Positions 37,663 to 46,909 of a stretch of 64,000 bases of DNA are shown piece by piece; within the stretch, counting starts at the first letter, position 1; the number at the start of each line of letters is the position of its first letter. This stretch comes from a virus (Duplodnaviria > Caudoviricetes). Under the pieces are notes generated by a model. That model ran no database searches, was not told the DNA's origin, and saw only the letters and a program-made list of their open reading frames with translations. The stretch covers positions 1,065 through 65,064 of the IMG/VR virus record IMGVR_UViG_3300048592_000967; one strand, 5' to 3'. Position numbers and translations under genes: made by a program.

Positions 37663-40600
37663 ATGGCAGTCGTTCCCGTAATCCTGAAACTGCTCGCCCA
37701 GAAGGCGCCGGGACTCACCTCGGCGCTCTCTGAGGTGCGCAAGGATTTCGGAGACCTCGCCTCCCTGGTCGACACCGTCAAACTCAAGGCCGCGGGATTC
37801 ACCCTGGCCACCACGGTGGGCATCGCCTCACTGGGTGGCCAGGTCGTGAAGCAGGCCGGCGAATTCGAGCAACTTCAGGCCCGAATGCTCTCGGTGGCCA
37901 AAACCGCCGAGGGCGCTTCAGCAGCTTTCCAGAACGCGATAGAACTGGCATCAAACAGCCCATTCGACGTAAAGGGCGTGGTTGCAGCTACCGTCCAACT
38001 CGAGGCCTTCGGCCAGCGCTCCAAAGAGCTGCTGCCTTTGGTGGGGAACCTGGCCGCTGCGTTCGGAAAGCCGATCGAGGAGGGCGCGCAGGTCCTCGGC
38101 AAGGCCTTCAGCGGCAGCCTCGAGGGCTTCGAGTCCCTGCGGAACACCTACGGCATCTCTACGGCCCTGCTGGTGCGCTACGGTGCCACGATGGCCAAGA
38201 CCGGCGGAATTGCCGTCTCGACTGCGTCTGACCTCCAGAAGGCCCGACAAGCGCTTACTCAGATCATCCAGACCCGCTACGGCGACGCCATGGAGCGACA
38301 GAGCCGGACCCTATTCGGGGCGTTCAGCAACTTGGAGGACGCCGTCTCGCGTTTCGCAGCAGCGTTCGGGACCGCGCTGATCCCGCTCGCGACGACCATC
38401 ACCAGGGCTCTGACCGCGGTCGTCGAGAGTTTCGAGCAAATCCCGGCACCGTTCCGAACGCTGATTGCACTCGGTGGAGTCGCCACGGTGACGATCGGTG
38501 CTCTGGCTACAGCCGTGCTAGGTGTCGTCGGCCTGGTCGGAAATGCAATTCCCCCGCTCGTGTCCATGGGCAGGGCGATGGGCAGCCTGGGGGGCACCTC
38601 CGCGGCTACAGCTGGAGAGGTCACGGTGACAGTCCTTGCAACCGAGCGCATGGGCGTGGCTAACGCGGCGGCCTCCGAGACGGTGGTGAACTTGGCTCGA
38701 GTCGTCACCGGGGCCGGGATTGTCCAGCAGGCTTTCAATGCCGAGCTAACCTACACGTCGCGCGCCCTGACCGGCCTTACCGGACAACTGCCGGCTCTGA
38801 CCGCCGAGGTCGCACTCTACCGGCAGGTGACCTCCGGGGCCTCCATCGGCACGGCTCAACTGGCCCTGGGGGCGGGCAAGGCCGGCCCTCAGTTGGCACT
38901 GGCTACGGCCGGCGTCCAAAACCTGGCGGTGGCCACCCCGCAGGCCTCGACCGGCCTGGCCAACCTGGCCGCGAGAACCGATGCTGCTACACGAGCGGGC
39001 GGCGTGTTTGCTGGCCTGGGTCTGGGCCCAGTCTTGCTGGGGATCGGCGCCGTCGCCGGCGGAGCCACGTTGGCGCTGGCCAACATGCACAACCAGAACG
39101 AGCGACTTAACCAGTCCGTGGAGCAGTCAGCACGAATCTTCCAGGATGCGGTTCGGGGTTTGCGACAGATGCAGAGTTTCATCGAACAGCTCACCGGTAA
39201 GCAGGCCGGTTACGTTCGAGGCAATACGACTGCTGCAGAGGCCGTGGCGGCGTTTAAGGAGCAACTCAACGAGATCAGTCCAGCTGAGCTGCTGGATAGG
39301 CTCGAGAAGGCCGGGAAGTCAATCCAAGACTTGCGGGACGAACTCAAGCTTGGAACTGAGGTGGCCAATAAGCAGGCCGCTGAGATTGCGAGAATCGAAG
39401 AGGAACAATCGCGACTCAACAAGACGATTGAGCTTTACAAGGCGCTGATGAAGTCGGGATTCAGCGACCAGGTCAACACTCAGGAACTGGATGAAGCGGG
39501 CTCGCAGCTCGAGATAAACCAGGAGCGGCTTGATACCCTCAGGAGCAGCTTTCAAAGAACCAGCAAGGAGAACTCCTTGAAGGAAGAGCTGATCCCTCGT
39601 CTTGAGGCGACCTCGAAGGCCTTTGAAGCGGCAAGCGAGCATACCCAGCAGTTCAGCGCATACCTCAGTAGTGTCGGACGGACCGACTCAATCCCCCAGG
39701 TGAACCGAGCAATCGAGCTGACGAACCAAAGGCTGCAGCAAGTCCGAAAGGACCTCGAGGGCCAGGGCTTACCCTTGAACAACTTGGTGGCCCTCAGGGA
39801 ACGTCTGCTCAACGCAAACCCGAAGGAGCAGCAGGCGATCAACGACCTACTGAAACTCGAAGATGCCCGGGTTGACTTGGTCAAAAAGCGGGAAGACCTG
39901 GAGCAGGCCGGCGTTCGTGAGAAAATCCGACAGGCCGACCTGGCCATCGAGCGCGAGAACGTCCGCCTGGGCGAGAGCCTGACGCGCGAGCGGGAGCGAG
40001 TCGCAGCCCAACTGAACCTCGTCCGGAGCGGCAGCGAGGAAGAGCTCAGCATTCGCAAACGTCTGGCCAGCCTCGATGATCGCATTCGCACTGACAAAGT
40101 CACGAAAGCTCGAGACGCCTTTGAGACCGAGCAGGGCGCCTTGCGCGATGGGCTCGACGCTTTGCGGGGCTCGGGTGAGGCCAGCGCTGAGGAGATTGCC
40201 GGGGCCATCGAGCAGATCATCCTCAAAACGGAGGCTTGGCAGGCGGCTAACAAGGGCATCCTTGCTCAGTCGCCAGACCTGACCCAAAGCGTCTCAGGGG
40301 CCCTGCGAGGGCTGCGCAGGGACCTGGATTCAGCTACCCGGGCCATTCCGAAGGAAAGAGTCGATGAAGCGCTGGCGGCGGCCAAAGAACTCGGAACCGA
40401 GGCCATCAACGCCGAGCAGAAGCTGGCGGCGGCCACGAAGGGTATCGAGCAACTACGGGCCCTCCAGGCATCGGGAGAGATTACCACTACCCGAGAGCGA
40501 GCAAGGCTGCAGTCTGAAATCAACAAGCTGACCAACGAGGAGCTCAAGTTGCGGACCGAAGTCGCTAAAGAGGAGCGGGCTCAGGCGAGGGAAACGGACG

Positions 40601-41343
40601 CGCTTCGCCGCGGTGGGCTCGAGACCGAGCTGGAGCTGCTCAAGGTCCGCCAGGAGCAATCAGGGCAGGACCTGAGTTCCCAGATCCGCGACAAAGAGCA
40701 GCAGATCCTGGCTGAGAAGCTGCAGGCCATCCGGGAGCAAGAGCAAGCCGAGATCGACTCCGGCGTGAACGCTACTCGGGCCCGAGAACGGGCGGAGATC
40801 CGCATCACCCAACTGAAAAACGAAGAGACTCTGAAGCGCATGCAGGCAGAGTCCGACCTCACCGGCGCCGTCGAATCCGAAGCCAAAAAGCAAGAGGACA
40901 TCCGTAAGCGCTATCAAGACCAGCGCCTGGGTGGGCCGAACTCTCCTCTCAAGTCCCTCGCCGAGGTGAGCGAGGAGCTTCAGATGCTGGGGGCTTTCGA
41001 TCTGGGCTCCGGCTTTGGGCGCTCTCGCAGCAACGCGAGGCAGTCTCCACCCTCAGGACTGTTCGAAGTCCAGAGGCAGATCGAGTCTGACATCACCTCC
41101 GGGGACCGAGTGGCTGGCCGTGGCCAGCGCGGTCGGTATACCGATGCGATCAACGCAGCCGAAAGGACCCCCACTTTCGTGGCCCCGGACGGCCCGGGAA
41201 CGCCGGCCGCCGGCACAGTGAACAACTACTACGTGAGCTTGCAAAACCGAGCCCTTGACGTCAACGACCCCGCCAGCCAGCAAGCGGTTAAGCAACTGGT
41301 TGGGCAGTTCATCACCGAAGCTCAGCATCGGGGTGTGGCATGA
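37663..41343 (+). CDS. Tape measure protein (phage context)
   Basis: 1226 aa; N-terminal tape-measure domain (LASNSPFD, MERQSRTL.GAFSNL.D), long helical region. Confidence 0.92.
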   Translation: MAVVPVILKLLAQKAPGLTSALSEVRKDFGDLASLVDTVKLKAAGFTLATTVGIASLGGQVVKQAGEFEQLQARMLSVAKTAEGASAAFQNAIELASNSPFDVKGVVAATVQLEAFGQRSKELLPLVGNLAAAFGKPIEEGAQVLGKAFSGSLEGFESLRNTYGISTALLVRYGATMAKTGGIAVSTASDLQKARQALTQIIQTRYGDAMERQSRTLFGAFSNLEDAVSRFAAAFGTALIPLATTITRALTAVVESFEQIPAPFRTLIALGGVATVTIGALATAVLGVVGLVGNAIPPLVSMGRAMGSLGGTSAATAGEVTVTVLATERMGVANAAASETVVNLARVVTGAGIVQQAFNAELTYTSRALTGLTGQLPALTAEVALYRQVTSGASIGTAQLALGAGKAGPQLALATAGVQNLAVATPQASTGLANLAARTDAATRAGGVFAGLGLGPVLLGIGAVAGGATLALANMHNQNERLNQSVEQSARIFQDAVRGLRQMQSFIEQLTGKQAGYVRGNTTAAEAVAAFKEQLNEISPAELLDRLEKAGKSIQDLRDELKLGTEVANKQAAEIARIEEEQSRLNKTIELYKALMKSGFSDQVNTQELDEAGSQLEINQERLDTLRSSFQRTSKENSLKEELIPRLEATSKAFEAASEHTQQFSAYLSSVGRTDSIPQVNRAIELTNQRLQQVRKDLEGQGLPLNNLVALRERLLNANPKEQQAINDLLKLEDARVDLVKKREDLEQAGVREKIRQADLAIERENVRLGESLTRERERVAAQLNLVRSGSEEELSIRKRLASLDDRIRTDKVTKARDAFETEQGALRDGLDALRGSGEASAEEIAGAIEQIILKTEAWQAANKGILAQSPDLTQSVSGALRGLRRDLDSATRAIPKERVDEALAAAKELGTEAINAEQKLAAATKGIEQLRALQASGEITTTRERARLQSEINKLTNEELKLRTEVAKEERAQARETDALRRGGLETELELLKVRQEQSGQDLSSQIRDKEQQILAEKLQAIREQEQAEIDSGVNATRARERAEIRITQLKNEETLKRMQAESDLTGAVESEAKKQEDIRKRYQDQRLGGPNSPLKSLAEVSEELQMLGAFDLGSGFGRSRSNARQSPPSGLFEVQRQIESDITSGDRVAGRGQRGRYTDAINAAERTPTFVAPDGPGTPAAGTVNNYYVSLQNRALDVNDPASQQAVKQLVGQFITEAQHRGVA

Positions 41344-41768
41344 ACAACAGCAACAGCAAAGGAGCAACCATGAACTCTGATGACCCATCGCGGATTCTGG
41401 ACGAATACTACCGGGGCGGCCTGCTGGCATCGCCACCTTCAGAGCGACTCCGTGAAGCCTGTCGACGCTACGTCAGCCGATATGAGCTTCACGAGGAACT
41501 TGCTGCTTCCACGGAGGCCTGCAAGGGCGAGGCATTGATAGAGATGAGGATGGAAGGCGTACTGGCGCTTTGCGCCGACACACCGCGGCTGCTGGGGGCT
41601 CATTCGACCTACATGGCTCTCCTGTGTCAGGCGTTTGCCGAAGGCGCCGTGGTCAATACGCTCCGGCGACTTGGGATGGAGGTCCCCCCGCTTGGCCCCT
41701 CTGACTTTCATACTTTTCAGGACTTTCTAGACGGTGTACAGGGGTCGCCGCCGCCAGGTCAGGACTGA
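41340..41768 (+). CDS. Hypothetical satellite protein
   Basis: ATGA overlap with TMP; repeated at 58262-58690. Confidence 0.65.
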   Translation: MNNSNSKGATMNSDDPSRILDEYYRGGLLASPPSERLREACRRYVSRYELHEELAASTEACKGEALIEMRMEGVLALCADTPRLLGAHSTYMALLCQAFAEGAVVNTLRRLGMEVPPLGPSDFHTFQDFLDGVQGSPPPGQD

Positions 41769-41778
41769 AAGGCTGTGC

Positions 41779-42006
41779 TCAGAATGGTCGCCCGCATTTT
41801 TCGCAAACACTTGAAGCACTGATAGGCGCAGGGCCAGTGAACAGGCCTTTCTTGATCAGTCGGGGATGCGGGCCGCAGTAGAAACCCTCCTGAAGGAGAA
41901 TGTTGTGGCCTGAATGGCCTTCGTAGAGGAAGTTAAGCACTTCTCGTTTCTCTTGGGACGAGAGGGTCTCGAACCAAACTGTGAGGTTCTTTACGGCAGT
42001 TGACAT
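41779..42006 (-). CDS. Small protein with C-terminal CxxCG
   Basis: AAGGAG RBS; GFYCGPHP/GLFTGPAP repeats, CEKCGRPF. Confidence 0.7.
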   Translation of the reverse strand: MSTAVKNLTVWFETLSSQEKREVLNFLYEGHSGHNILLQEGFYCGPHPRLIKKGLFTGPAPISASSVCEKCGRPF

Positions 42007-42019
42007 TCGGATTAGCTCC

Positions 42020-42619
42020 TTACTGGTCTGGGTCTTTTGGTGCGATAACTGCGGGACTACCACCGCAGAGTTGACAAGGTCCGGGTGTGAAACTCCAAGG
42101 GCTAGCGTTACATTTTGGGCAGACGGCTTCTTCGCCGGTCGGGGATTCTTTAGTAGCCTGTCTGTAGGCCTCTTGTCTAAGAGTTTCTTTGACTACCGAC
42201 AGCGCCGCGCGGTCGGCTTCTTGAAGGTCGGCAGCCCTGCGCATGAAAGCGTCAAACTCAGGGTCACTTATGTCGGAACGCCTCAACAAAGCCTGGATTT
42301 CTGTTGCCAACTGGACATTCTTGCCCATTCCCAGGCGGTGGGCTTCAGCTGACTCTTGCCATTTAGTGTAAAACTTGACGACGGTTAGGACCAATACAAG
42401 CGCTGCTATAACCTCCCAGATCTTGTCTGCTACTGGTCTCCAAGATTCCGGGAACAGCTCCCGCACGGGCAAGGATAAAACAGCCAGGAGAAGCGCCAGG
42501 AAATCGAAGATCGCCAACCATCTGCGACATTTTGCACCCAGCTTTTCGTGCAAATGGCGAGCGCTTATGGCGTTGGTATGCTCTTGTAGAAGCAGACTCT
42601 GTTGAGTTTCTGAAGGCAC
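42020..42619 (-). CDS. Mobilome CxxCx(11)CxxC, SLATT-like two-TM membrane protein
   Basis: Two TM helices, W.E.AE.H, C-terminal CPKC-x11-CQLC. Confidence 0.8.
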   Translation of the reverse strand: MPSETQQSLLLQEHTNAISARHLHEKLGAKCRRWLAIFDFLALLLAVLSLPVRELFPESWRPVADKIWEVIAALVLVLTVVKFYTKWQESAEAHRLGMGKNVQLATEIQALLRRSDISDPEFDAFMRRAADLQEADRAALSVVKETLRQEAYRQATKESPTGEEAVCPKCNASPWSFTPGPCQLCGGSPAVIAPKDPDQ

Positions 42620-42627
42620 GAGTTGAA

Positions 42628-42978
42628 CTACTCCATCCTGTCCGCAAGGGAAGCTTCTAGCAGCGCTGCAGCTTCTCGCAGTCTTTTGGCTACGTCCGCC
42701 GCCCGAGCCTCTGCCTCCGAATTGGGCCCCTGGCCTTTGCGCCAATCGGGCGCCGGGCGGGGGTCGTCAGTTTCGCCCATCAGGTAGGAAACCGAGGTCC
42801 TCAGCACGCGACAGACCAGGAGCAGTGTCTCATCCTCGGGCTTGTTCCGCCCACTCTCCCAGTTGTATACCGTCGTTCGAGCTTGCCCCAGTTGCCTTGC
42901 GAATTCGGCCTGGCTGAGACCTCTGAGCGTTCTGAGTTCGACCATCCGGCGGGCTATCGTTTCTCTGACGGGTGTCAC
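42628..42978 (-). CDS. Satellite XRE repressor
   Basis: LRTLRGLSQAEFARQLG..TVYNWESGRNKP..SVSYLMG; divergent from the cro-like gene. Confidence 0.88.
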   Translation of the reverse strand: MTPVRETIARRMVELRTLRGLSQAEFARQLGQARTTVYNWESGRNKPEDETLLLVCRVLRTSVSYLMGETDDPRPAPDWRKGQGPNSEAEARAADVAKRLREAAALLEASLADRME

Positions 42979-43001
42979 CCGGCCATCATACTTGTTCCCA
43001 A

Positions 43002-43042
43002 TCTGTTGACAACTGCCCCATAATGAGTAGAATGTCCACAGA
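43002..43042 (+). promoter_or_regulatory. Satellite switch promoter/operator
   Basis: TTGACA 43006-43011, TAGAAT 43028-43033; inverted repeat TCTGTTGACA / TGTCCACAGA ending just before ATG 43043. Confidence 0.7.
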
Positions 43043-43255
43043 ATGAGAACACTCGCCAAGCAACTATCAGACATCCGCACCGCCAAGGGCCTGTCCCAGG
43101 CCGCCCTGGCTCGCTTGCTCGGGGTAAGCCGTTCGGCCGTCCATAACTGGGAAGCTGGCCACCGGACACCAACGCTCGAGCAGACTTGCGCCCTGGCCAC
43201 GGCCTTGGAATGCACCGTCGACCAGCTGGTTCGACCGATCGGGGCCGTGTCTTGA
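43043..43255 (+). CDS. Satellite Cro-like HTH protein
   Basis: IRTAKGLSQAALARLLGVSRSAVHNWEAGHRTP. Confidence 0.9.
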   Translation: MRTLAKQLSDIRTAKGLSQAALARLLGVSRSAVHNWEAGHRTPTLEQTCALATALECTVDQLVRPIGAVS

Positions 43256-43671
43256 GCCCGCTACCAAGCGCCGATGAGCTGCTGACCCGGGCCTTCCCAC
43301 CAGGTCGACCGCCCGCCTCAGAGCCCTACCGGCTTGGAATGCTGGCGGAGTTCCGGGTTCAGACCGGTGAGGCCGTCGGGGTTCTCTGTCCCTACGACAA
43401 GGGCACCGCGGAGGCTGAGGCTTTCGCTGCCGGGGCCCTGGAAGCCGCAGGACTGCGCGAGGGGCCAGGGCCCGACCGTGGCCCGACTGTCCGCCGGCTG
43501 CGCCAGGACCCGGCCGAGTGGGCCCGAGGCTACCGCGACGGATTCGAGGACCGACGAGCCCCCGAGGGCTTTGCATACGCCTCGGGCTGGATCGAAGGCG
43601 AGGCCGACCGCCTGGCCGGGGCCGCCAACCGATTCACCCCCGACCCATCCAGGCGCCACCCGGCCGAGTAG
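43252..43671 (+). CDS. Hypothetical protein
   Basis: TTGA overlap with cro; WARGYRDG..YASGWIEG. Confidence 0.6.
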   Translation: MSPLPSADELLTRAFPPGRPPASEPYRLGMLAEFRVQTGEAVGVLCPYDKGTAEAEAFAAGALEAAGLREGPGPDRGPTVRRLRQDPAEWARGYRDGFEDRRAPEGFAYASGWIEGEADRLAGAANRFTPDPSRRHPAE

Positions 43672-44074
43672 AACCACCAAACCCCTTCCCCACTGCTGGC
43701 CCTCGCTAGGGCTGGCTTTGCCATTCCCAAAACAAAGGAGGAAACGACGATGACTCCCGTTCCACAAACCCCGCTGGGGACGACAAGCGAACGCTGCATC
43801 CAGTTCGCTTGAGCAAGGGATGACTCGAACCGAGACCGTCGCCAAAGTGTCCCCCACGTCCAGACCGTGACTTACAGCCAGGTGGGCATGGAGCTGCGCT
43901 CGAGCGCTTCTTCTGGAGTGACCTGCTAGAACCCAAGATCCTGGAAACACCGCCAACGACCTGGCTTTGCCCATGCCTTTTGGAAGCTCAGGCTTCCTGT
44001 GAAACCAGCGAAAGTAGAGGAAACCGGATGAAGAACCAGCTACGTAAATACCTGAGCCCAGCGGAGGGCCGAGA

Positions 44075-44707
44075 ATGATGAACGCACAGCCGAGGGTTTC
44101 GAGACAGCGGCCAAAGAACTCGATGGAACCTCGAGTGTCCATCACTACGCAGGACTATCCGGAAGACTGCAGCCGTCTGCTCACCGCAATGCAGAGGCTC
44201 CACCGGAGAGAGTATCGCTCGCCTCTCGAGGCCATCCCAGACTTGATCAGCTTCTTTGGGTTCCGCCTCGGGCGTCGTATGTTGCCGCCGCACCAGTGGG
44301 CACTGACGGACTTCGGGAAGAAGGAAGTGTGGCTCTGTAGCGAGCTGGCTGCAAAGCTTGAGATCCCGTCAGTAGCCAGAGAGGTTGAGGCGTTCTCGTT
44401 GGCTCACGAGCTGGCTCACGTGCGCCTTCACCAACACCTCGACGAATTCAACGACCTGCATGAGAAGGAGGCCGACGCTTATGCAGCTTGCTTTCTGATG
44501 CCTATCCGCCTTCTGCGCTTGGCGCCGGCGTTCAGCCGATTTCTGAGGGCTGAGACCCAAGGAGCAATGAGTCAGGAGGTCTCGGCGTTGGCTCAGCGGT
44601 TCGGGGTCAGCCGCTCCGCCATGACCTACCGTCTGTGTTCGCTCGGGGTGCTCCGCGTTGTTTCCGGTAGATGGGTGAAGGTGAGTTCCAAGGAGGTTAT
44701 GCAATGA
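44075..44707 (+). CDS. Satellite ImmA/IrrE-family metallopeptidase
   Basis: FSLAHELAH..EKEADAYA; collinear homologue of 4973-5563. Confidence 0.9.
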   Translation: MMNAQPRVSRQRPKNSMEPRVSITTQDYPEDCSRLLTAMQRLHRREYRSPLEAIPDLISFFGFRLGRRMLPPHQWALTDFGKKEVWLCSELAAKLEIPSVAREVEAFSLAHELAHVRLHQHLDEFNDLHEKEADAYAACFLMPIRLLRLAPAFSRFLRAETQGAMSQEVSALAQRFGVSRSAMTYRLCSLGVLRVVSGRWVKVSSKEVMQ

Positions 44708-44997
44708 AGAAGATTACAAAACCGAACGCACGGCGCGCAAAGGCCGCGGAAGAGTGGCAGTTTGAGGTCAAGCTCATTACCCCCACGCCCGAGAAGGAAA
44801 AGCAAATCATTCAGGCCCTGGTCAAGTTCATGGCCCCCGGCATCGCTGCCATCGCCAGAGAGCGGGGCCTGACCAATGCCCTTCCCCCCGAGGAGTTCGC
44901 TCGACGTCACAAGCTGATGGTCGACTACTACATGGCCAACCCACAGGCCACCTCCGTTCCTCCAGAGTTGCTGGCTGTTCCAGTCCAACCGGACTGA
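44704..44997 (+). CDS. Satellite copy of phage early gene 9885-10244
   Basis: 232-bp near-identical core. Confidence 0.8.
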   Translation: MKKITKPNARRAKAAEEWQFEVKLITPTPEKEKQIIQALVKFMAPGIAAIARERGLTNALPPEEFARRHKLMVDYYMANPQATSVPPELLAVPVQPD

Positions 44998-45028
44998 GTG
45001 TTCGCTCAGCCTCGACACTCCGTGAAGC

Positions 45029-45126
45029 GTGACAACCCTGTGACAGCCGTGACAGGTTGCCCCCTCGGGCTGTCACTCTGAAAACGGCTTAAAATCGGGG
45101 TTTGTGACAGCGTGACAGCTGTGACA
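45029..45126. repeat. GTGACA iteron array (7 copies, both orientations), putative satellite origin
   Basis: Intergenic; the same hexamer array recurs at 50391-50558. Confidence 0.75.
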
Positions 45127-45396
45127 AGTTTTTGACCCCATCTTCTGGGTGTCGCGTTTCTCGTTTTTTCACCGGCTGGGTCACCGAGAGGGGCTCAAGC
45201 GAGAAAGCTGGAAACCGGGCTCACTCGGAAAAGAAAACAGCCCCCGCTGATGTTTGGCCACACACGGGAGCTGCCTATCGTTCCAGTCTTTGACAACTGA
45301 ATGCCCTGGGCCGGCTTTGGGAACCGTGCCCTGGGACCAGACTTCCCCGGCTTGGAGTTCTGACCTCCTGGCCGGGGTTGTCTGTTGTGTTTGGTT

Positions 45397-45674
45397 CTGT
45401 CGGTGATCACCAGGTGATCAGAGTCGATTTCTCGAGCCGTGCCTTAGAACCGTCGGTCACCTTCAAACGGCTTGAAACCGTCGATTGTGACTGGCAGGAG
45501 TGACAGGATTCGAACCCGCGACCTACGGTTTTGGAGAGTTACTTCCCCCCGTTTGGGTCTGTTCCGATGGGTCGGATTGGGTCGGAGAAATGGCTTCAAA
45601 TCGGGGTTCTGAGAAGGCTCGAGTCAGACCGTGTTCCGGGCAGTTTGGAACTGTCGGTGATCAGGAGGTGATCA
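45397..45674. other. Satellite attP: tRNA-Trp 3'-half core (45492-45537, minus strand) flanked by arm repeats
   Basis: Reverse complement TCTCCAAAACCGTAGGTCGCGGGTTCGAATCCTGTCACTCCTGCCA (CCA anticodon loop, T-loop, CCA end); CTGTCGGTGATCANNAGGTGATCA at 45397-45420 and 45651-45674; next to the integrase 3' end. Confidence 0.85.
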
Positions 45675-45694
45675 AGCCCTGGCAGAACCGTAGG

Positions 45695-46909
45695 TCACAG
45701 ACCCGGGCTCTCTGCTCTCCGGCGGAGGGGAACCACCGTGCCCCGTTCGGCCGGCTCTGCACCCAGCGCAGGGGCCGCCTCGAGCATGTCCGCCAACTTG
45801 GCTGCAGCGCCGGCCTGCATGGTGGGCAGGACGTGGGAATAGGTGTCGAGGGTGATGCTGATGCTCGAATGACCGAGTCGCTCACTGACCACCTTGGGAT
45901 GTTCGCCCGCCAGGAGCAGCAGCGTTGCGCAGGTATGGCGCAGGTCATAAAGCCGGAAGCTGCTGGACAGGCCGGCTCGCTCAAGGGCAGGCTTGAAGGC
46001 CCTCTTGGTTAGATTGCCTTCAAACACGGGCCCGCCGCTCTCGTTCGCAAAAACGAAATCCCACTGGCTCTGCCACTTGTCGCCGGCAAAGAGCCGCTCC
46101 GGGACCTGCTGGACCCGGTGGGCCCTGAGTTCCTCCACGTCTCGAGCGTGGAGAGCCACGGTTCGCCTCGAGCCAGACGTCTTTGGTTCCTCAAACTTCC
46201 ACCCGCCGCCCTTCGGTCGAACCAGGACCTGAGTTACCCGGACGAGTCCGCGCTCAAGGTCCACTTCAGGCCACTGCAGCCCGAGGTATTCCTCGGGCCG
46301 CATACCGGTTCTCAGAGCAAAGCTGAGCAATGGACCCCAGCGCTGGCCCTCGACAGCCTTCAGAAACGCCTTGGCCTGCTCCAGGGTCATCGCCCGAAGG
46401 ACCTTCTTCCCTCGGTTGGCGGGCAGATTCACGTCGGCCGCGGGGTTGTGTCCCAGCATCCGCCACTTTACGCCCTGCTTCAGGGCCTGGTTCAGCACAG
46501 TGTGAAGCCGGCGGATAGTGAGCGGGGAGAGCCCCCGGTCGAGCATCCTGGAATAGAGGCCTTGGATGTGGATCACGTTCAACTTGTCGAGGGGGAGCCG
46601 CCCGATCTTGTCCTCCTTCACATAGCGTTCCCAGACCCCGGTATAGTCCTCGTGGGTCCGCCCCCGAATGCTACCCCTGGCCGAAGCCAGCCACTGTTCG
46701 AGCAGCTGGTTGACGGAGCCCGAGGAGCGAGCAACCAGCTGGCCGCGTTCGTAGGTGCCGACCAGGGCCCGGAGCCGCACTTCCGCCTCCTTCTTGGTGC
46801 CATGGACGGTCTCGGTATGGTAGAGGCGCTTCCCGGTCACCGCGTCCTTACCCAGGGATAAGCGGAGAAGGTAGGTCTTGTCGCCGCGCTTGATGATGGA
46901 GCCGGTCAT
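45695..46909 (-). CDS. int: Tyrosine integrase
   Basis: TGMRPEE, YDLRHT, RLGHS, TLDTYSH; N-terminal arm-binding domain. Confidence 0.96.
   Translation of the reverse strand: MTGSIIKRGDKTYLLRLSLGKDAVTGKRLYHTETVHGTKKEAEVRLRALVGTYERGQLVARSSGSVNQLLEQWLASARGSIRGRTHEDYTGVWERYVKEDKIGRLPLDKLNVIHIQGLYSRMLDRGLSPLTIRRLHTVLNQALKQGVKWRMLGHNPAADVNLPANRGKKVLRAMTLEQAKAFLKAVEGQRWGPLLSFALRTGMRPEEYLGLQWPEVDLERGLVRVTQVLVRPKGGGWKFEEPKTSGSRRTVALHARDVEELRAHRVQQVPERLFAGDKWQSQWDFVFANESGGPVFEGNLTKRAFKPALERAGLSSSFRLYDLRHTCATLLLLAGEHPKVVSERLGHSSISITLDTYSHVLPTMQAGAAAKLADMLEAAPALGAEPAERGTVVPLRRRAESPGL

Larger units (their letters stand above)
1..41343. mobile_element. Temperate siphovirus-like phage (putative helper), partial genome
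   Basis: Ordered lysis-integrase-immunity-replication-packaging-head-tail modules; no sheath gene; lysis genes abut the integrase with no host DNA. Confidence 0.93.

Noticed and set aside
42979-43215. Long N-terminal extension of the satellite repressor ORF
   Set aside because: Overlaps cro and the promoter on the opposite strand; the HTH begins near 42978
43750-43930. Gene after a strong RBS (AAGGAGG) at ~43736
   Set aside because: Frame closes after 20 codons; possibly a decayed gene, but no product can be supported
45492-45537. Functional tRNA gene
   Set aside because: Only the 3' half is present, with no D-arm or 5' acceptor strand; treated as the att core
45500-46012. 170-aa ORF starting MTGFEPATYG
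   Set aside because: Translation of the reverse tRNA fragment and the antisense of int
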